A stretch of DNA of 53,010 nucleotides, taken from positions 135,418 through 188,427 of the forward strand of contig NW_018405052.1 of the NCBI RefSeq assembly GCF_002113885.1. Reading direction: 5' to 3'. Origin of the DNA: Mizuhopecten yessoensis (taxonomy: Eukaryota). The position numbers and the translations under genes are program-made. The notes under the pieces are model-generated. The model was not told the origin of the DNA, did no database searches, and saw only the letters and a list, made by a program, of their open reading frames with translations. Below, one piece after another: positions 12,173 to 24,464 of the stretch. The first letter of the stretch is position 1. Each line of letters begins with the position of its first letter.

Positions 12173-12894
12173 TATATTTGGCTGTTGGCTTCCTCGGATA
12201 AGTTTGAGAATGAAAATGAATTTGACTTTTTTTCAAGGTCACAGCAGTCAAATATGTTAAAAACATCAAGTGACTTCTTCTGAAAAAAAAAATGGAAAGG
12301 CATAAAATTATAATATTTGGCTAGTGGCTTCTTGGGATAGAGCTCACCAAATTTTGCAAATTAAAATGACCTCAACCTACTTTAAATGTCACAGAGGTCA
12401 AAAACATTTCAAAGGATTTGTTCTGAAGAACCAAAAGGAATGGATTCCTAAGATTTGAATGGTAGCTTCTTATGATAAAACTATAAAAGTTTGAATAGGA
12501 AAATGAATTGACATACTTACAAGGTCTCGGTGGGGGGGGGGGGGGAAATATTTCAAATTACTTTTATAGAATATTGATGGCAAAGAAGCATAAAATCTTG
12601 TTATAATATTTGACTGGTAGTTTCGACAGATGGAGCCGACAAAGTTTGCGAGTGACAAATTTGTAGTACAATATAATATTTAATGAGAATATTTACTTTG
12701 ACTGCTAATTATTCAGGTGAGTGATACAGGCCCTCTTGTCTCATTTATATTTATCACATAATGTACTGTGTTATCCAGTGAATATTAACCGATGTAATAT
12801 CACCTATCAGCTCTGTGATTGGTTGTAAGTTTCAATTCTTTCAATTGTGACGTTACGCCAAGGACAAGTACATGACGTCACAGACTTACGCACT

Positions 12895-13810
12895 AGTCTA
12901 GAGGACCATGGTGAGCTGTACCACAGAGTGCATCCATCCACCAATTAACATTTTCATTAAAGCGCTACTAGTCTTGAACAGCTTTTTAAATTTTGACTGA
13001 ATTTGGCCTGGAGCATCCTTGAGGAAAGGGGGCTAATTTTTAGCTCGCCTGGTCCATCGTCATCTTTTTACTTTAAACAACTTCTTCTGAATAACCAAGA
13101 GGCCCAGGCTGATGATATTTGGCCAGTAGCATGCTGGGATGAAGGGCTAACAAGTTTGTTCAAATGAATGACCTTGACCCACTTTCAAGGTCACAGGGGT
13201 CAAATATGTTAAAACCTTCAAACAATTTCTTCTCTATAACCAAAAGACCCAGGGTACTGATATTGGGCCCGTAACATGCTGGGATGAAAGGCTACCAAGT
13301 TGTTCAAATGAATGACCTTTACCAACTTTCAAGGTCACATGGGTCAAATGTCTTAAAATCTTCAAACGACTTCTCTATAACCAAAAGGCCAAGGGTACTG
13401 ATATTAGGCCTGAATATTAAGATTAAAAGTTTGAGATGAATACCAGGTGAGCGATGCAGGCCCATTGGGCCTCTTGTTTTATAAACAGATAGTGTATCCC
13501 CTTTGGGTGCTGAGGGGCGGGGACCAATAGGGGAATTTGAGGTTTGAATCCAAGTGCGAGAGCATCCAGAACATCATTTGGCAAGGGGGACTCAGTTTGT
13601 TTTAACAGAGAATGTGGACCCCTGGGAGCTAATGGGAAGGGTCCAGTAAGGGGAAAATATTAATAAAGGATTAAAATCCTTCTCCCTCAGTTTATTTGGA
13701 GGGATTTTCATCAAATTGAATAGAGCATCCTTGGGCAAAGGGGACTCAATTTTGTATAAATAGAAGGTTGCTTTTAGGGGGCAAAGTGGCGGGCGGGGAA
13801 ATTAGGATTA
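12895..13810 (+). mobile_element. HINE family B remnant with a nested family A copy (13040-13478)
   Basis: The guest has both ends (TTTAGCTCGCCTGG ... CCAGGTGAGCGATGCAGGCCCATTGGGCCTCTTGTT) and sits in the T-run of a host GAGCATCCTT..AAGGGGACT unit. Confidence 0.75.
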
Positions 13811-13949
13811 ATGTTTAAAGGGTCTGGTCGGGAAAAAAAATACAAAATAAATGGGTCTAAATGCGTTCTCTGGCCTTCCAAAAGTTATACCATGGCAATA
13901 TGATAGTTGAGATCTGCTTGCAATGTTCAGTTTTGACCACTGAAATCTC

Positions 13950-14130
13950 GGGGAAGCCCCGTGTAAATTTAGCGCAGATCTATTTATATATGTCACGTGA
14001 TTGTTTCGAAAGTGAGGCAGTGAAGCTAACAACAATAGCACGCCGGCTATCAGCCATGTCCGACTCAACCAGCGGACAAGACAGCAATACTATACTTAAA
14101 TAATTGTTTTTAAAGGTCATGTATGATGCA
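13950..14130 (+). promoter_or_regulatory. Candidate proximal SHMT promoter (CpG-containing, E-box)
   Basis: CpG-enriched non-repeat segment with TCACGTGA at 13993-14000, about 380 nt upstream of the tctag acceptor (14375) of the first coding exon. Confidence 0.35.
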
Positions 14131-14403
14131 AGTGTATTATTCCTACCTATATGTTGTTGTTATATATAACGGTATTGATACCTCGTGCCTGGCATGACTT
14201 TTGCATGCATCTTTTTCTTTCGCCGCGATGTTTACATTTGGCCTTGTTGGTGACGCGCATGCGGTAAAATTACATCACTGATCTGGGTCAATTGAGAGTT
14301 TCAGACTGTCGGGTGACAATTTAGGATTTCTTTATATAATTATACTGTAATTGTGTTATAACTGTATTTATCTAGAAGGTGAAACCCTGACTGTAAAAAG
14401 AAC

Positions 14404-17400
14404 ATGAATGGTATGGGAGATCACTGGAATATGACCACTGATATCAGGGAAGAGGATCCCGAGATCGCACAGATAATAGTGAATGAGAAGGACCGACAGA
14501 GAAGGGGACTGGAACTGATTGCCTCGGAGAATTTCACCAGCAAGGCTGTTCACCAAGCTTTAGGATCATGCTTGACAAACAAGTACTCTGAGGGTCAGCC
14601 AGGTCAAAGGTCAGTTGGTCAAAAAATTTCATGATCATGAAAATACACCATGTTAGCTGAGCAAAGGGTCAAGTGAAGCTACCACAATCCATTGCAGTCC
14701 ATCATTTGTCACTTGTCATCCATTTGTAAACTTTTTATTGAACCTCTTCTTCTTAAGAACCACAAGGCTAATTACAAATGCGATTTATTTGAATGTTTAA
14801 ACACTCAAACATATTCAGAATGACCAAGGTGCCAATTGTCTTAATATTTGGTCAGGAATTCTGAGCAAATTGCTACTACATGTAAGTTTGGAAGAAGAAA
14901 AAATGACCCCAACATTTATTCAAGGTCACTGAGGTTAAAAATTATTAACAATTAAACAGCTTTGTTCTAAAACACCAAGAGCCTAAGAGTCATGATATCT
15001 GACATGTAGCTTGCTTGATATATGATTGCTACAAACATTTGAATAAGAAATTTCCTTGACATATTCAAGATCACATGTATCATATGATATCTATTAAACC
15101 ACTCAAATAGCTTCTTAAGAGACAGCAAGAGTCATGATATGTGGCCATTATAGTACAGAACCTGTTGTATGGTCTGCTATCTTGTTGGTTAAAGAAATGA
15201 CATTGATCTATATATAATCAAGGTCACATGAGTAAAATCTTCTTGCTGGTAAATATTTTTCTGATTAATTTATAAGCTTGTTTATAAGCATAGGGCCATC
15301 AGAATGCTGAAGCAAGAGGCTTTCAAATTGGCTTACATGAATGATCTTGGCCCATTTTCAACATCACTGGTGGCAAAAACCTGTCGAGTCTGTCAAGGCC
15401 ATTTATTTGAACAAACTTTATGCAGGCAATGGAGCATTCTTGGGACATGGTAATCAGATGTTCCATAAAAAGAAGGGTATTTTCCTCCTGGATGCTGAAA
15501 GACAAAGCCTGAAATACTGGAACATATTTGAAATAAAGATATACTTGCAATGAGAATATTTTGCAATTGATATTAAATTTTATAACCATGTCATTTGCAC
15601 TCCTTGTGTCAAATATTTTTTGTCTTTGACCAAATTTGTTTTATTAAATTTTCAGGTACTATGGTGGTAATGAATTTATTGACCAGATAGAGCTGTTGTG
15701 CCAGAAGAGGGCCCTGGAAACTTATGGATTAGACCCTGCCAAATGGGGTGTGAATGTGCAGCCACTGTCGGGATCACCTGCCAACTTTGCAGTATACACT
15801 GCCCTGGTTGGGCCTCATGGTCGCATCATGGGGCTTTATCTACCTGATGGAGGTCACCTCAGCCATGGCTTCATGACACCATCCAAAAAGATATCTGCTA
15901 CATCTGTTTACTTTGAGTCCTTCCCTTACAAAGTTAATCCTGTTACCGGACTCATTGATTATGACCGCCTCCATGAAAACGCTAAAATGTTTCTTCCAAC
16001 GATGATTGTAGCAGGTGAATACCTCATATTGTAATGTCAAACATGTTTATATAAGGACTGCTTGAGAAAGAAAACAAAGTTTTAGACATATAGTTTTAGG
16101 TGTCATTAACCATTCCATGGTCATCATCTCGCTATCAAATTAATTAAATGGCTTTGTAATACATCTTCTTTCTTACAGAAAATGGAAATTCCAGATTTAT
16201 TTTTGGCGGTTTCAAAATTACGAAAAATACCTTTTAGAATTGGGCAGGTGTCTGAAAAATACATCCAGGTTCTTTTTTAATTAAAAAGGGTTCCAATGGT
16301 TGGCTATGCATGTGTACAAAAGAAATTCTGTTTTCTTCTGACCGCATTAATATTGCCTTTAAAATAGGTTAACATGTATGAAAAATTATTCTCAACAATA
16401 CATATTGTATATCTGTGTCATCTTCCTTCTTTATTCGTCAACTTTTTGTTACAAATTCTGTGTTCTTTGAATATGTGTCGAACCTGTCAAAATAATTATG
16501 TCTACACTTCGAATGAAGGGAGACATATTGTATTAGTACTGGTTCTTCTTCTGGTTCTTCTAATCAAACTTGTCTGGGCCATTATTTTTAAACTGTTGAA
16601 GATATCTTGATGAAACTTTAGGTATGCATGCATAAACCACAGAAGGTGTGCAGTGCACTGGAATTAGGTCACTGTGACCTTCAACTCAAGGTCAAATACG
16701 TGAACATTTTCAGTAAATTCTTTTCCGTTAAAGATATCTTGATCATGCTTGAATTAAATCTGCATCATCCACAGAAGGTGTGCAGTGCAATAGAATTAGG
16801 TCTCGTGCCCCACTTTATACAGAGTTATGGCCCTTTGTTTAATTTCAATACCGAAGTTTGTCCGGAGCATAAGTTCTATGTTATTTCACCTACATTTGCC
16901 ATACTTACCATATTTATGCATCTTGGGAAGGCGGAATTTGTCGCACTAAAATCAGATTTTATGCCCCACTATATATAGAGTAATGGCCCTTTGTTTATTT
17001 TTAATACCGAAGTTTGTCCACAGCATAACTTCTAATCCATTAAAGACATCTTAATCAAACTTAAAGGATACCTGCATCACTCACAGAAGGTGTGCAGTGC
17101 ACTGGAATTAGGTCTCGTGCATCACTATATACAGAGTTATGGCTCTTTGTTTAATTTAAATACCGAAGTTTGTCCACGGCATAACTTCCATGTTATTTCA
17201 CCTACGTTGACCAAACTTGCGAACATTTTAATGTATCTTGGGAAGTAGGAGTGTTGCATTCTAAACACGGGTCTCGTGCCCCACTTTATAAAGCGATATG
17301 GCCCTTTGTTAATTTTTCTATTGGCTAATAAGGGGAGACATGTTTTTGTTCACAAAAACAAAATTCTAGTTATTGCTATGTCACTGGAAGAAATTCCTTT

Positions 17401-20400
17401 GTAGTTTGTATTTAGGTCTATTTGTCATTTTTAAAATCGAGCAGTCAAGTTAATAGTTAAAGAAGAGCTCTGGATAAGTTGAGGGCAGAAATATATTTAG
17501 AAAAAAATGAAAATCTGAAATCACTTAACATCTGATGGATTTTTTTTATATTCACATACAGGTGTGAGTTGCTATTCAAGAAACCTTGACTACAAACGGT
17601 TTCGTGAGATTGCCAATGAGAACGATGCCTACTTGCTTGCAGACATGGCCCATGTCAGTGGTTTAGTTGCTGCAGGCCTTGTTACAAATCCATTTGAATA
17701 TTGTGACATTGTAACAACCACAACCCACAAGACACTACGTGGCCCAAGATCAGGAATTATCTTCTACAGGAAAGGTATAACTTACTTTGGATGTGTGCTC
17801 TTACTTTCAGGAAGAGTAGCCAAAGGTATCCCTATCAGTCCCAATGGTAATGTCATGTCCGACTCGACAACTGATGAACTGCTGCATTTGTCCACTAACT
17901 TTAGTTAATCATGGGGAGGCAGGGTGTACATGTCACAGCAGTGAAATTTCAACAACAATTTTCACCTTTGACCTTATTTTGCATTAGAACTAACACATCT
18001 TCATCTATATAACATACAGGACCTTGACACTTGGTATGCACATGCATCTTGGAATGGAATGGAATGATGCTTAGTTCTACAGAGAGGGGCTAACTTATCT
18101 ACCTTTTCAAAAAGAGTGGAAGATCATAAAGGTGTCCCCCCAGTTAACCTTATTAAGCCCTGATTTTGTTGCTTAACACATGACAAAGTCAGGTAAACAG
18201 ACAGTGTGACTTCTACCTGTATATATCCCCATTGAAGACCCTGTGTAAAAACTTTCTAAATCACCAAGTTTACTGTCAGAGCTACATCTTGATGTTTACA
18301 TTTTCTTTAGAAATGTTGATTGAACAGTGTGGCACTGTGATCATGACGAGTCTTGGGGAGGAATATTCATGTGAAAATGTTATCCCATGATTTTTTATAA
18401 TTTTTTATAAACGACTAAAAGTGTGCCGACTTTAATGCATTGCAGGTGTGAGGAAAGTGCTGAAAAATGGAAAGGAAGTAATGTATGACATGGAAAAGAA
18501 GATCAATGAGGCAGTTTTTCCAGGACTTCAGGGTGGTCCTCACAATCACCAGATTGCTGGTAGGATATTTTGTTTAAAAGGGGATATTGCATATGGCCAG
18601 TTACATAAATTGTGTGTTTGCATTAACCTGACCCAGGATTTTAAGTTGGGATAGGAATTTTTTCTTCAATATCACAAATATCACCTTTTTACTATTGCTT
18701 TAAATACTTTGATGATAAAGTACAATTTCTGATTTAAACATTTTCAATGTTTTTGTTTAATCGTGAGCTATGAACAAATGCAAAACAGAAGAGTGGTAAA
18801 GTTTTTCAAAATTTGAAAACCCGAAGTAGCACGGTTATTTGGGGTCAGCAAACTGATTTACAGTAATGTCTATGATTTATATCAAACTGATTTGCATTCA
18901 TGTCTGAAGGTACAAATGTGGTGAACACATAGAATTTTATTAGTTCCATGCTGGGACTACTGAATGGGACTACTGGTTTGCACTTTGTCCATCAGTTTGT
19001 GTATCACCTAGAATCCAATTTTTGTATGCAAGTCTCTCTTTGGATGGAGCGTGTTGTGTACTGAAATAGGGTCTTGTAATCATTTAATATTTTACTATTG
19101 ATAATTAATGTGCATTCTGGGATTTTAGGTGTTGCTGTAGCCCTGAAGCAGGCAAACACGCCCGAATTCAAAGCCTACCAACAGCAAGTCATCAGTAATG
19201 CAAAGACCATGTGTGCAGCTATGCAAAAAAAGGGATACACAATTGTGACTGGTAAGTATGTGTACAATAAACTGTAATTAATATTTGCAAAAAATGTAGC
19301 ATGTAATCACACAAACTTGCAATAAAAATTACTTAATATCCCTTTTAAAGGTGGAACGGAAAATCATCTGATTTTGGTGGACCTTCGTCCAAACAAAATT
19401 GATGGGGCTCGTGCAGAGAAAATCCTGGAGGAAGTAAGCATAGCTATCAACAAGAATACCTGCCCTGGGGACAAGAGTGCCCTGAAACCAAGCGGCCTGC
19501 GGATAGGAACACCAGCACTCACATCCAGGAACTTCAAAGATGCCGACTTTGAAACAGTTGTAGAATTTATTGATAGAGGTCAGTTTATTTGTTTATCAAT
19601 TTCTTATTATTGAGCATATGTAATCATGAAAGGAGTAACCCAACTGTTTTTGAGATTTGCAGTACTGTGATTAGGCAAGATAAACACAAACTGTTTGTCG
19701 TTTTTGCTCCAGAAAAAAAAAATGGTGCATAGGAACATTACATTGTAATTAGGGCCCTGTATCAGAGATACGGGTGCCCTATAGTAATCACTCTGTCTGT
19801 CTGTCTGTCTGTCCGTCCACAAGTTGTGTTCCTGGCTCATATCTTTGGTATTTATTGACCGATGTACACGAAACTTGGTCAAGATGTTCAGTTCACAATA
19901 ATACACATTGATGTAAGAAGTCATGGTCATTAGGTGCAAAGGTAAAGGTCAAATTTTGCATCTTTTCACTGATGAACATTTTGTTATGACATTATGAAGC
20001 AAAGTTGTTCGGAATTAATCAAAGAGACACACTGACCAAAGGTCAAGGTCATCGGGTCAGGGGTCAAGGTCAAATTTTGTAGCTTTTCACTGGTGAACAT
20101 TTCGCTATGACATTATGAAGCAAAGTTGTTCGGAATAGAACAAAGAGACACACTAAGGTTAAATGTCGAGGTCAAAGGTCCAGGTCATTAGATTCAAAGG
20201 TCAAGGTCAAATTTTGCATCTTTTCACTGATGAACATTTTGATATGACATGATGAAGCAAAGTTGATCAGAATTAAACAAGGAGTCAGTTGACCAAAGGT
20301 CAAGGTCACTGGGTCAAAGGTGAAGCTTAAATTTTGTACCTTTTCCCTTATGAACATTTTGTTATGAAATTATGAAACATTATTGTTCAGAACTTAACAC

Positions 20401-21426
20401 AGAGTCAACTGACCTTAGGTCCAGGTTACGGGGTCCAAAGGGCCAAGGTCAAGTTTTGTATTTTTTTACTGATGAACATTTTGTTATGATATTAAGAAGC
20501 AAAGTTGGTCGGAATTAAATAATAAGTCAACTGACCAAAGATCAGGGTCACTGGGGTAATGGTCAAGGTCATTTGGGTCCAAAGGTCAAAGACTAAGTTC
20601 ATCTCTGACTTTGACCCTGGCTCTTGATGGAGGAGGTATATAAGGTGAAATAAAACAAATTAAAGCAAACAAATGAGTATTGCACAGGTATTTACATTTC
20701 TGTTAGCCCAGCAAATATGGAGGTGGAAAGAAACAAGACTCACATCATAGTACATGTAAAACGTATATTTTGCTTCCTTGCGATTCTTTTTGAAGTCCAA
20801 ATGTCAAACGTCAAGCTTAGCTATATGGGCAGATTGCTTCTTGATGATTATGGGGGATATATTGCCACAAGACGGGGCACTTACTGACCTGTCAGTGTTC
20901 TAGTTGATTTTATCTCCACAACAGAAATCCAGATTACTTGCTTCTTAGTATTATTTAACTATTTTATAGTTTTAAAATTAAGTATATGGCACCAAATATA
21001 TGCGAATAATTATTAACTCTGTTACTCAGTGTAATAAAAGCAAATGCACAAAAAAATGCAAATGAAAGTTTCAGCTTAGAGCAGGCCTTTTTTATGAGCA
21101 TTCCTTAACTTGAAGACATTCCTAGGTTAAGGTTAAGGAGTTGTCCTTTCTTCAAGTTCTACATAATAATGAAGCACCAATACAGCAGTTTCATGTACTT
21201 GATTAAGATTGTAAAATTTTTGAAGATACATAACTTATATGGTGTTCGTTTATTTCCAGGAATCCAACTGGCTATTGAAACCCAGTCCAACTGTGGACCC
21301 ACTATCAAGGAGTTCAATGCTAAAGTTCATGAGGATGAAACTGTAAAGGCAAAAATAGAAGCACTCAAGAAAGAAGTGGAATCTTTTGCACTGACCTTCC
21401 CTCTTCCTGGTAATGAGGATTGGTAG
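14404..21426 (+). CDS. SHMT1: Serine hydroxymethyltransferase, cytosolic (SHMT1-like), 469 aa
   Basis: Exons 14404-14609, 15656-16014, 17562-17774, 18446-18559, 19129-19251, 19351-19578 and 21260-21426; all introns GT-AG; total 1410 nt with an open frame. Motifs [56 protein letters not shown] (PLP lysine), PGLQGGPH and [23 protein letters not shown] and FPLPG favour the cytosolic type. Confidence 0.96.
16490..17372 (+). mobile_element. HINE-type element with ~150 bp array in SHMT intron 2
   Basis: The sub-terminal motif AAGGGAGACAT / AAGGGGAGACAT occurs near both ends. 3' hairpin (TGTTTTTGT..ACAAAAACA) then CTAGTT. CAGAAGGTGTGCAGTGCA..GAATTAGGTC is repeated. Confidence 0.75.
19748..20905 (+). 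mobile_element. HINE/DINE-like element with (CTGT)n microsatellite and ~120 bp array in SHMT intron 6
   Basis: 5' inverted repeat plus CTGTCTGTCTGTCTGTCCGTCC; about 5 units of TTTTCACTGATGAACATTTTG..GAAGCAAAGTTG; 3' hairpin CTGAC/GTCAG then CTAGTT. Confidence 0.8.
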
Positions 21427-22631
21427 AGAGACTGTGAAAATCAAGGTTGTCACGGAGCCTGTTTTGAATTAAAAACAATCCTAAGCTACGAAGACTTTCA
21501 ACAGTGCCTGATACTGTGTATTACAAATATTTTGAACAAACATCAAATGTTTGTGTCCATTCATCGAGTTGGGGCAGTTTGTATTCACACTTTTATGCCA
21601 CAAGGGATGTATAACTAAATATATGTCTGTATTTTGACAGAGCTTGTCTGGTAGACTCTAAATTCCAAACTTTAATGCAGTTTTCTAAAACTTGGTAGAA
21701 CTGACCACAAGCTTTAGGTTTTGTTGAAAAGTTAATTAGTGTAATTGTAAATACTTTTTTCAAGATATTTTTCAGAGAGGTAACACATACATAATAATGT
21801 TGAGCATTTAAATTAGCATTTAGTTTACTGCTCTGGGTTATTTTTCTGGTAATGGATTATGCAGATATGATGTGAACAAGAACTTTTTTCTAAACGGGTC
21901 TACTCTTATCAAATATTTTGTTTGGTGTTTTGTATTTTTTAAACAAATGAATTTAGGATTTGAGATTAAATGATTCAAATATTTTTATTTATTTTTCAGA
22001 GCATAGAATCTCGGAATTAATTTATTTTTGTTGATAAGCTTTTATGAAATTATCAAATGGTGATTATTCTAATACAAAATAGAAGTTTTGTGAAGGATCA
22101 ATATTGTAAATATTCCAAAAATACATTTAAGAAGAAAGTCATAAATCACACATGTATCAAACGGTAGTAACACTGGTTTCCCCTGAGCAAACACCATGTA
22201 CATCGTTAGAAACTGTCTTTGTGTTGTCCACATTCAAGATACTTGTACCTTTATACCTGTATGTGTACATCAAAAGTGAGATAATTAAGCATCGTCTACC
22301 AAAACCATCTAAAAATATTTCTGCACGAATGGTTTTGACCTTAGATGGCGTGATTTTCACCTAGCATGGAAAACCACATTTACTACATGGGGGATTAGTG
22401 ATGCTGTTAAATGTTTATACACAATGTGTATGTATTTTATTTCTTATATATTATTTTGATATATTAAAGTTGATTTCTGTTCACAATAATTTGGGAAGAA
22501 AACCACCTTTTTTGGTAATTTTATCAATGCTGTATGTGATAATTTTGGGGACGTATTTGCTTATATTTACATTTGCAAGGCATTATCACTAGATAACCTA
22601 CTTGAAAGCTGTGTCTTTGATGAGACTTCAA

Positions 22632-22714
22632 CTCATTCACCCGTGAAGACACATTTGAACTCATCCAATTCAGAGGTTGGAATAGTTCATTATGAAACTC
22701 CAGGGGGGAATGAG
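22632..22714. mobile_element. Tiny palindromic MITE (TTAA-type flanks)
   Basis: CTCATTCACCC ... GGGGGAATGAG arms with inner TGAACT/AGTTCA and TCCAA/TTGGA pairs; flanks TCAA and TTAA. Confidence 0.55.
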
Positions 22715-23044
22715 TTAAATGACATCCACCACGAGACACATTTCTCATTTTCTCATGTTATTGACCATATTTGTGCAGACTGTCGATAAGGCGGGAATTT
22801 TAAATTTTAAATATACCTTGTAAGTTAAGAAACCTTCATGAAAGCCGGAGAAAACGTAAATATAAGCAAGTAATGCCAGTATAATTTTGTCCACAATGCA
22901 TAATCTCTATTAAAGCAATCGTGGATTAAATGAGACGCATAATATGTTGTGAATACTTTCTCGTTACACACATTAAATTTTTTATAAGAAATTTGCTTGT
23001 TTTTGCTTTTTCTTATCCCTAAAGAAAATGTAACTTTCTTGAAC

Positions 23045-23982
23045 ACAAGAAGCCCATGGGCCTTAATGGTTACTTGAGTTACTTGAATACTTTTGTTATC
23101 AGTTCCCCTCCAAGGGGGAAGTGATGACCTGATTCACAATTTTGACCTTTTCATCTATGAAGAGTATTTGATTATAGCATATTCGGGTAAAAGATTGTTG
23201 AATTTTAGCTAACTTGTCCTTTTTGTGCCCTGCCCCTCAGGCCTTAGGGGAGAGCCAGAGACAAGGGTCTTCACATGCTACTAAAAAATCCAACTAATTT
23301 TGAACTATTTCTGACAAAAAAAATATCCCCAAAGTGCCATACCCTTTCAAAACTATGGTCAATTTACTAGTAATATCTTCTTCAGAGGTGAATTGATCAA
23401 GCACCAAAGTACCTTTCAAACCATGAATTATATATAAATTTAGCATATCTGAAAAAGATGGTTGAAATTTTTGCTTAATTTTCCCTTTTTTTGCCTCGCC
23501 TTTCAGGCTGAAGAGGTTAGTCTTTGTCTTCATTTTCATAAAAAATTAACTGCAAGTAACTGCAATCACGTGCTATTGATTCCAGCCAAGTTTCAACTAT
23601 TTTCTTGCTGAAAATATACCCTAGTGTGATTTCCCTACAAACACATGGTAAATTTTACCCCCTCCCCAATGCGGAATGGGTAACATGGGGGTAATGAAAT
23701 TTACAGTTTTGATAAAGACCTCCATCCATGAGTATTTGATATCTGGGTCTGAATAAGGAGATTGGTGAAATTTTAGCTAACATGATCCCATCCCTTGGGC
23801 CATGGAGGTGTTGGATCCATATAATTAAGTTTTGGTTGGAATACATGTATTTCTGATTTTTTGTGTGATTTTGGAGCAGAAGACAGTAAAGAATGTGAAT
23901 TGTTTACGAGCTGTCTACACACAGGGGACAAAAGGCAATCACATTTAGGTCAACTGAAACTTTTATCTCGAGTGACCTAATA
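23045..23982 (-). mobile_element. Decayed HINE, same family as 389-1540
   Basis: ACAAGAAGCCCATGGGCCTTAATGGTTACTTGAG ... GAGTGACCTAA; internal blocks match 1130-1340. Confidence 0.65.
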
Positions 23983-24464
23983 AAACAAATCTTATCTACA
24001 TGACAAGAGGCCCAGAGGCCTTGCAGTCACTCGAGTTGTAGTATACAGTAGCAATTGAAATTGTTATTGAGACATGAAGTGGAAATGATAATAATCTCTT
24101 GACTTTATACATACCTACCATATTTACAGTAATTGGTATCCAGGTTGTTTAAAAGGGGGGAGGGGGGCATATTAAGATAATACAATGCAAGTTATGACTT
24201 ACAAAGTTGTCCAGGGAACTTACAACAGTTGTTATCACCAAAGGACAAACATTCGAGTGTAGCTAGAGGTTTGGAAATCAAATGTTTCACCTGCTTCATG
24301 TGGAGTTCAGCCTTGATCACCAGACATAAATCTCTGCTTCAGTATGAACAATGTGCTATAATTCATACACTTTGCATGGTCTGAATTGGGATGGCGGTCT
24401 ATATAATTTCCATTCCCCCAAAAGAAAAGGAGGAGGGGTGCTAATTACAGCAAATACAGTACAT

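Larger units (their letters stand above)
10419..12740 (+). mobile_element. HINE-type element with tandem array, interrupted by a Tc1
   Basis: Units with AATGACCTTGAC..AAGGTCACAG..GTCAAATATGT on both sides of the Tc1. 3' end CAGGTGAGTGATACAGGCCCTCTTGT. Confidence 0.75.

Noticed and set aside
14056-14103. ATG in good context (MSDSTSGQDSNTILK*) as an SHMT coding start
   Set aside because: It terminates before any donor, so it is at most a uORF.
19960-20480. Repeated CTGATGA as hammerhead ribozyme cores
   Set aside because: No stem II followed by GAAA; they are simply part of the array monomer.
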